A stretch of DNA of 64,000 bases, from positions 3,730,069 to 3,794,068 of the forward strand of contig CM119269.1 of assembly GCA_051294375.1 (NCBI GenBank). The letters are read 5' to 3'. Below are positions 58,278 through 64,000 of the stretch, piece after piece (position 1 is the first letter of the stretch; every line of letters starts with the position of its first letter). Position numbers and translations under genes: made by a program. The stretch comes from Paraspadella gotoi. Taxonomy: Eukaryota; Animalia; Chaetognatha. The notes beneath the pieces were generated by a model. That model had not been told where the DNA came from and made no database searches. It was given only the letters and a program-made list of their open reading frames with translations.

Positions 58278-58503
58278 GCGTCCTTGACTTACTCCAACTA
58301 CTTCACCGTCGGACCTGTTCTAAACGACTTCTGATTCTAAAAAAAGGTCTACGTCGTAGAACGAGTTTTTGAAAATTTGAAAATCCAATCTCCAACCTCA
58401 ATATCAAGCCTCAAAGTTTCTAACAAGGCTCAGGGCTTCAAATCTTTCAGCCAAAACAAAAAAAACACCACGTAATAAAATAATAGTGGACGCGAGTAAA
58501 CAG
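58278..58503 (+). other. Putative non-coding 5' exon of the SLC18 gene
   Basis: Preceded by (CT)n-CAG, ends CAG|gtaatt, has no ATG; a further acceptor (tttttag) at 58711-58712 precedes the ATG exon. Confidence 0.4.
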
Positions 58504-58795
58504 GTAATTTTTCGACCTTTCTGAACGGAAAGCTAAGCCTATCGCTAAAATTTTGAATAATGAAAAATCAATTAAAAGCTGACAACTTTAAAAGAGATTA
58601 GTTGAAAGCATGGGCTTCAATGTATGATTTCATTTCTAGGTTCAGCTAAAAAAAATAAAAAAAACATCTGTCATTTATGAAAGCCATTGTGTTTTTTTAT
58701 CTCATTTTTTAGGATTTTGCCCACAAGTGATCACCGTGCTCGATGATACTGAACGATTAACAAATTCAACAATTTTTTTGAAGAATTGAAATAAA

Positions 58796-61700
58796 ATGAA
58801 AGACAGAAGAATTGTCCTCTCCGTCGTCTTCATCGCTCTCTGGTTGGACACGATGATCATGACGATGGTCACGCCCATCATCCCCGAGTATCTTGTCAAA
58901 TCTGCTAGAGGCGCAAATGAGTCAACGGGCGCGTTCGGAAATAGCACGGGTACGGTGATTCAAGGAATCGTCTGAAAAACTTTGTCTTAAAAAATGAGTT
59001 CAAAATATTTTTATCATCTCACTGATGAGAAAAGCCAAGCAAGCTGGCTTGTTAGAAAAGTTTTGATTGATAGCTTGTAGGCCTTTCCATAGGATCTTAT
59101 GCCACTAAAGCTTTTCAAAGTCAGGAAACGTGATTTCATTGTACAAATAGACTTATTTGGGTGCACTGCATGACTTTTAAAAATAATATTTTTTCACCAA
59201 ATCTTACTGATATTTTTTTCATAAAAATTGTACCAATTCTTATTAGTATACGCCAAGTATTCTCTCTTTACAGTTCACTCCTCAGTAAGGCGTAGTGAAA
59301 GTTACATATGAAAATTGTAAATGTCAATTATGAATAACATACCATCAGTAAACATTAATTTATAAAAAAAATTAATTTTGTTCTTCAATTTTCGCAGTAG
59401 GCTATATTTATATATAGTACTATCCTTATAAAATCAAAAAATTTCAAAATAGGCTTTTTTTAATTTTTATTGCATATTTGAATTCCTCCTCAAAAGTTGA
59501 TAAAAGAAAATATAAGTCATTTTTAAAAATTTTTCATTTAGTGGGTTAAAAATTTAAAAAACTATATTTAATATATAAAAAGTTAATTTTCACTTTAAAA
59601 TATAGCTTTTTTTAATTTTTGACCCACTTAATGAAGGAATTTTTCCAAAAGAGTTATATATCTTTTTATCAACTTTTTATGACGAATCCAAATCTGCAAA
59701 AAAATCTTTAAAAAATGTGTTGAAATTTTAACATTTATTGGATTAGTACTAGTATAAATATGGCCTACTGCATAAATTGTAAAATTTATTATAACTTTTT
59801 TATTACATAAATATTTATTAGTATAATGTTGTTCGTTCTTCACCTTTAGAATTTTAATTAAAGTTAAATATAGAAATTTTACTACACCTTATTATACAGT
59901 AAACACAATTTTTGCAAATCAAAATATTCGAGTGACACTGTTGTTCGCCAGCAAAGCCGTCGTACAACTCTTCACCAACTTAGTTGCTGGGCCAATCACC
60001 AACAACATCGGCTACAGGTGAAGAGACAGTAATTATTGTTATGTGTTAGTGACAGAACCTTTCCATCGAGGATAAAAATATATTATTTTTTTTGGTTTTT
60101 TCTATCTTTTATCTTTGGTCTTCAAAGTTAAATCAATTTGTTTTAATACCCATTAGAAAATAAGAACAATGATCTAATTGGAAGTTTAGAGTAATTTTTT
60201 TTATAACCTTTAGCTTATTTTTTTGAATCATTAAAAAAAAATTGGTGATTAAAAGTAGCAAATTTAATACATTTATTATTTTTTCCCTACACATTAAGGG
60301 GTAGTGAAAGTTACATAAAAAAATTATAAAAGTCAATTATGAACAACATACCATCAGTGAACATTAATTTGTAAAAAAAATTAATTTTATTTTTTTTAAT
60401 TTTTGCAGTAGGCTATATTTATATATAATCCTATTATTATAAAATCAAAAAATTTTAAAATAGGCTTTTCTTAATTTTGATTGCAGATTTGAATTCCTCC
60501 TCAAAAGTTGATAAAAGAAATTATAAATCATTTTTAAAAATTATTTCATTAAGTGGGTTAAAAATTAAAAAAACTTTATTATATATAAAAAAATATATTT
60601 TTCAGCTTAAAAAATAGTTTTTTCTAATTTTTGACCAATTAATGAAGGAATTTTTTAAAAAGAGTTATATTTCTTTTTATCAACTTTTTATGAAGAATCC
60701 AAATCTGCAAAAAAATATTTGAAAAAACTGTTTTGAAATTTTAACATTTATTGGTTTAATACTAGTATAAATATTCCTACTGCGTAAATTGTAAAATTTA
60801 TTATAAATTTTTTTATTACATAAATGTTCAATAGTATAATGTTGTTCGTTCTACACTTTTAGAATTTTATTTAAAGTTAAAGTTAGAAATTTTACTACGC
60901 CTTACTACACATATTCTACTGTGTGTTCTTTTTCTTTCCCCCCGCTCCTGATCCCTTTCTCCTCTTCCCCTGTTCTTTCCTCTAGCATCCCTGTGTTCCT
61001 TGGCTTTATTATCCTTCTAGGGTCAACCCTCACATTTGCTTTTGCCAAAAGCTACCCTCTCCTCTTCATCGCCCGAGCAATCCAGGGAATTGGGTCCTCA
61101 TTTACAAGTGTTGGAGGTAAGTTCTGATTTGGTCTTCTCAAATTTCAAAATTCATAAACTGTAAAAATACTGATTTCCGCTTGGGTAAGAGTTATGTGCC
61201 AGATGAGGTTTAGATGAAACTAACTTTTCTAGGAAATATTCATGTCGCCATTTTTATTTTCGCCATATGTCTCGCGTTTTTCTATCGTGCTTTTCTAAAC
61301 CTACATACACATTTACTACTAGGCATGGGAATGTTGGCTGAGCACTATCCGGATGACAAAGAGCGCGGCCAAGCCATGGGCATTGCGTTGGGAGGACTTG
61401 GTCTCGGCGCTGTAATGGGTCCGCCATTTGGCGGTGTCATGTATCATTTTTTTGGAAAAACCACGCCTTTTTTGGTTATTGCTGGTTTTATCGTTTTGGA
61501 TGGTTTGATTCAGGTACTAAGAATCACTATCACTATCATCATTTAAATGTCAGTTTTAGTCAATTAACAAACAAAAACTTTTAAAAACAACTTAAAAACT
61601 TAAAAGTTAAAACTAACATTTATCAATTTTTCCCAATTTTTCAATTCAGCTGGTGTTGCTGCAGCCTCGCTTGACCAAGAACGACGTCCAGGGTCCTCCA

Positions 61701-63276
61701 ATGATCAGACTTCTCTCCGACCCCTACATCCTGCTCTGCTTGGCAGCCCTCTCTTTGGGCATCATGTGTCTAGGATTCGTCGAACCGACGCTTCCCCTGT
61801 ACATGATTGAAGACCTGAAATCAAAAGTTTGGGAGATCGGTTAGAAACAAACCCGCCTCTCTTTTTTTAATTTTTCATATTTGATACTTAGTCTTATACA
61901 ATATTCATTTTAATTTAATTTTAACATATATTCGATAAATGATGTATGGAAAAGAAATTGGGTACATTATAGTAATTAATAATAATTATTAAAAAAATAA
62001 TTATACAGGAATAATCTTTGTGCCCGCTACTGTTGCTTACTTGTTATCAATCAATGTCTTTGGTTACTTGTCTGCTTTGATGGGTCGCTGGCTTTGTTGT
62101 TTACTGGGTAAGTATTAAAATAAAAAACATGAATTTAAATGTCTCGGGTTTAGTTTGACTATTATAAAACTGGATACTGGCTAGATTCTGTAAATAGCAC
62201 CTCTTAATGACTAAAGTGATTTTCTAAAATAAAAATATTCTGTGTATTCTTTTCCAGAAGGCATGATTATTTAAGAAATAATGATTTTAGTTCTGAACAA
62301 TGTTGTGGCTTCGGCAATGGGAATTCCGATCAAACTTCGGGCGCGGCGTTTCTTTTGTTTAACTCTAATAATCTCAACTTTTCTTCAGGAGATGTCTTGA
62401 TGGGAATCTCCATAATAACTATCACTTTTCCCCGCAATATGTATGAACTAATACCTACAATGATTGGAATCGGTCTGGCCAGCGGTATGATCGAGTCATC
62501 CATATTTCCTCATATGGGTGAGTGTGGATCTGATAAGTGAAAGCCGAAAAATAGTAAGACATAAAATCAGTAAAAATATAAAATATGATAAAATTGATGA
62601 CCAAAGTGGATTGAAAAAGCTAAATAATAATGCTTTGAAATAACCATCATCTCCCTTGAAAAAAAATGTTACCCTTTTTTTTTTATTTTTTAAAATAAGA
62701 AAAACGTAAAAAAGCTATAATTGCTATTTTATATGTTTTGCAAATCAAGTTTTTTGAATATATATTTCAATTGGTGGCTTTCTCTCATAAACTATTTTAA
62801 GTTGATCTTACGTTATTTATCAAACTGACATCTTGATAATCACCGACTGACGGACAAACTCAGAAGTGTCTTTTAGGGTCTTAACAACATATTCGACTAA
62901 TTAAATTTGTTGTTAAGGTTTTCTCGTCGATATACGCCACGTGGGCATCTATGGAAATGTTTACGCTCTTGGAAATTTGGCAATCTGTTTCTCCTTTGCA
63001 GTCGGTCCCCTCATTGCGGGGCCTATCATCAAAGCAGGTTGAATCGATGATTAGAATGAATCCCTGATTGATGATTAGATCAAGTCGTTGTGAGTGATAG
63101 ATTATTTGTCTTCCCATCACTGTTAATTGTCACCAGGCGGGTTCTCCATAGCCTGCTACGTCTTCGGAGGCCAAGCCATCGCAATCGCTCCTTTCCTTAT
63201 TTATCTCCGAAATCCTGAAAAACGTGAAAACGCAGAGGAGAAGAAAGGAGGCGGAAAATACCAGAGTCTGGAATGA
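58796..63276 (+). CDS. SLC18 vesicular amine transporter (VMAT-like), divergent
   Basis: Nine coding exons: 58796-58949, 59900-60017, 60986-61116, 61323-61513, 61650-61839, 62009-62107, 62389-62517, 62918-63037, 63137-63276. Motifs [88 protein letters not shown]. Confidence 0.93.
59286..59891. mobile_element. AT-rich MITE, copy 1
   Basis: Ends TAAGGCGTAGTGAAA / TTTTACTACACCTTA; internal inverted repeats; colinear with 60295-60904. Confidence 0.8.
60018..60059 (-). mobile_element. Terminal fragment of the SINE-like element at an SLC18 splice donor
   Basis: GTGAAGAGACAGTAATTATTGTTATGTGTTAGTGACAGAACC matches 10462 onward. Confidence 0.7.
60295..60904. mobile_element. AT-rich MITE, copy 2
   Basis: Ends TAAGGGGTAGTGAAA / TTTTACTACGCCTTA; same orientation as copy 1. 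Confidence 0.8.
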
Positions 63277-64000
63277 TGACAGAAGTGGAATCCATAGAAA
63301 TTATCAAATTATCTATTTAATGTCCTACTGTTTTGAGTTGCCTCACTTTATGACCGACTTTTCAAAATGTCGACGATCCTAGTTTCAAAAGTTTGTAAAC
63401 AAATAAAGATAAAACGTGAAAAAATGTGATTAAAACGTGAACAAACTGAAGATTCTACAAAATTGAAATTCAAACGTTAAGCAAAACTAACTCAGATAGC
63501 CTCGACACCCCTTTTCACTCTTCTTCGTCGACGCGGCCCTCGATCGCGGAGCAGGGAAACTTGAGATCCAGATATCGAATCCTGAGACGTCGGACGTCGA
63601 GCCGTCTTCCCCCACGGCGACGCTCTCTTTCTACTTCTCTCATTCTATCTATATTACAATGTACGTATATAATGATTTAAATTTTCCGCTTTAGTGACTG
63701 CATGGATCTTATTAAATTGCGATTCATTCTTACACTTATCTAATATCTATACTACAGAGAAATTCAGGGTTTGCAATCAAGCAAAGGTTATTTTAATTTG
63801 TTTCAATTCCTGATGGCTTAGCAACCTATTTCCGAATCAATAATCTCAACGACTTCTTCCATATGCAGCTATCGATAATGTAATAGATGTTGGACTTGTC
63901 ACGCGTCCTTTTAGCATGAGATCGATCCTCAAAAAATTCATAATTCTTTGTTTAAAACTAATTGCTTTGCTTTTCTCTTCTTCTTCTCCCCTCTTGTCTC

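Overview
AT-rich, intron-rich invertebrate (metazoan) genomic DNA with many microsatellites and several N gaps; not prokaryotic. I stitched exons by hand using GT-AG boundaries and phase. Intact genes: a CREC-family EF-hand protein (RCN2-like, -), a small MGxCCS ORF (-), a quiver/sleepless-like Ly6 protein (-), an HDGF-type PWWP protein (+), an RSKR/SGK494-like kinase with a long tail (+), an intronless HHxxxDG acyltransferase (+) and, 1.3 kb downstream on the same strand, a divergent SLC18 vesicular amine transporter (+). The left half has a type II membrane coiled-coil gene (-) with lesions in its large exon and a 19-31 kb zone of exon-like but frame-broken sequence. Repeats include Helentron/DINE-1-like elements, a tRNA-derived SINE-like family, a hAT-type MITE with an 8-bp TSD and TA-flanked MITEs. 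The best candidate for a new system is the acyltransferase + SLC18 pair, which resembles the ChAT/VAChT cholinergic locus but uses a different enzyme family and a transporter with altered key acidic residues. That functional link is an inference; no searches were run.
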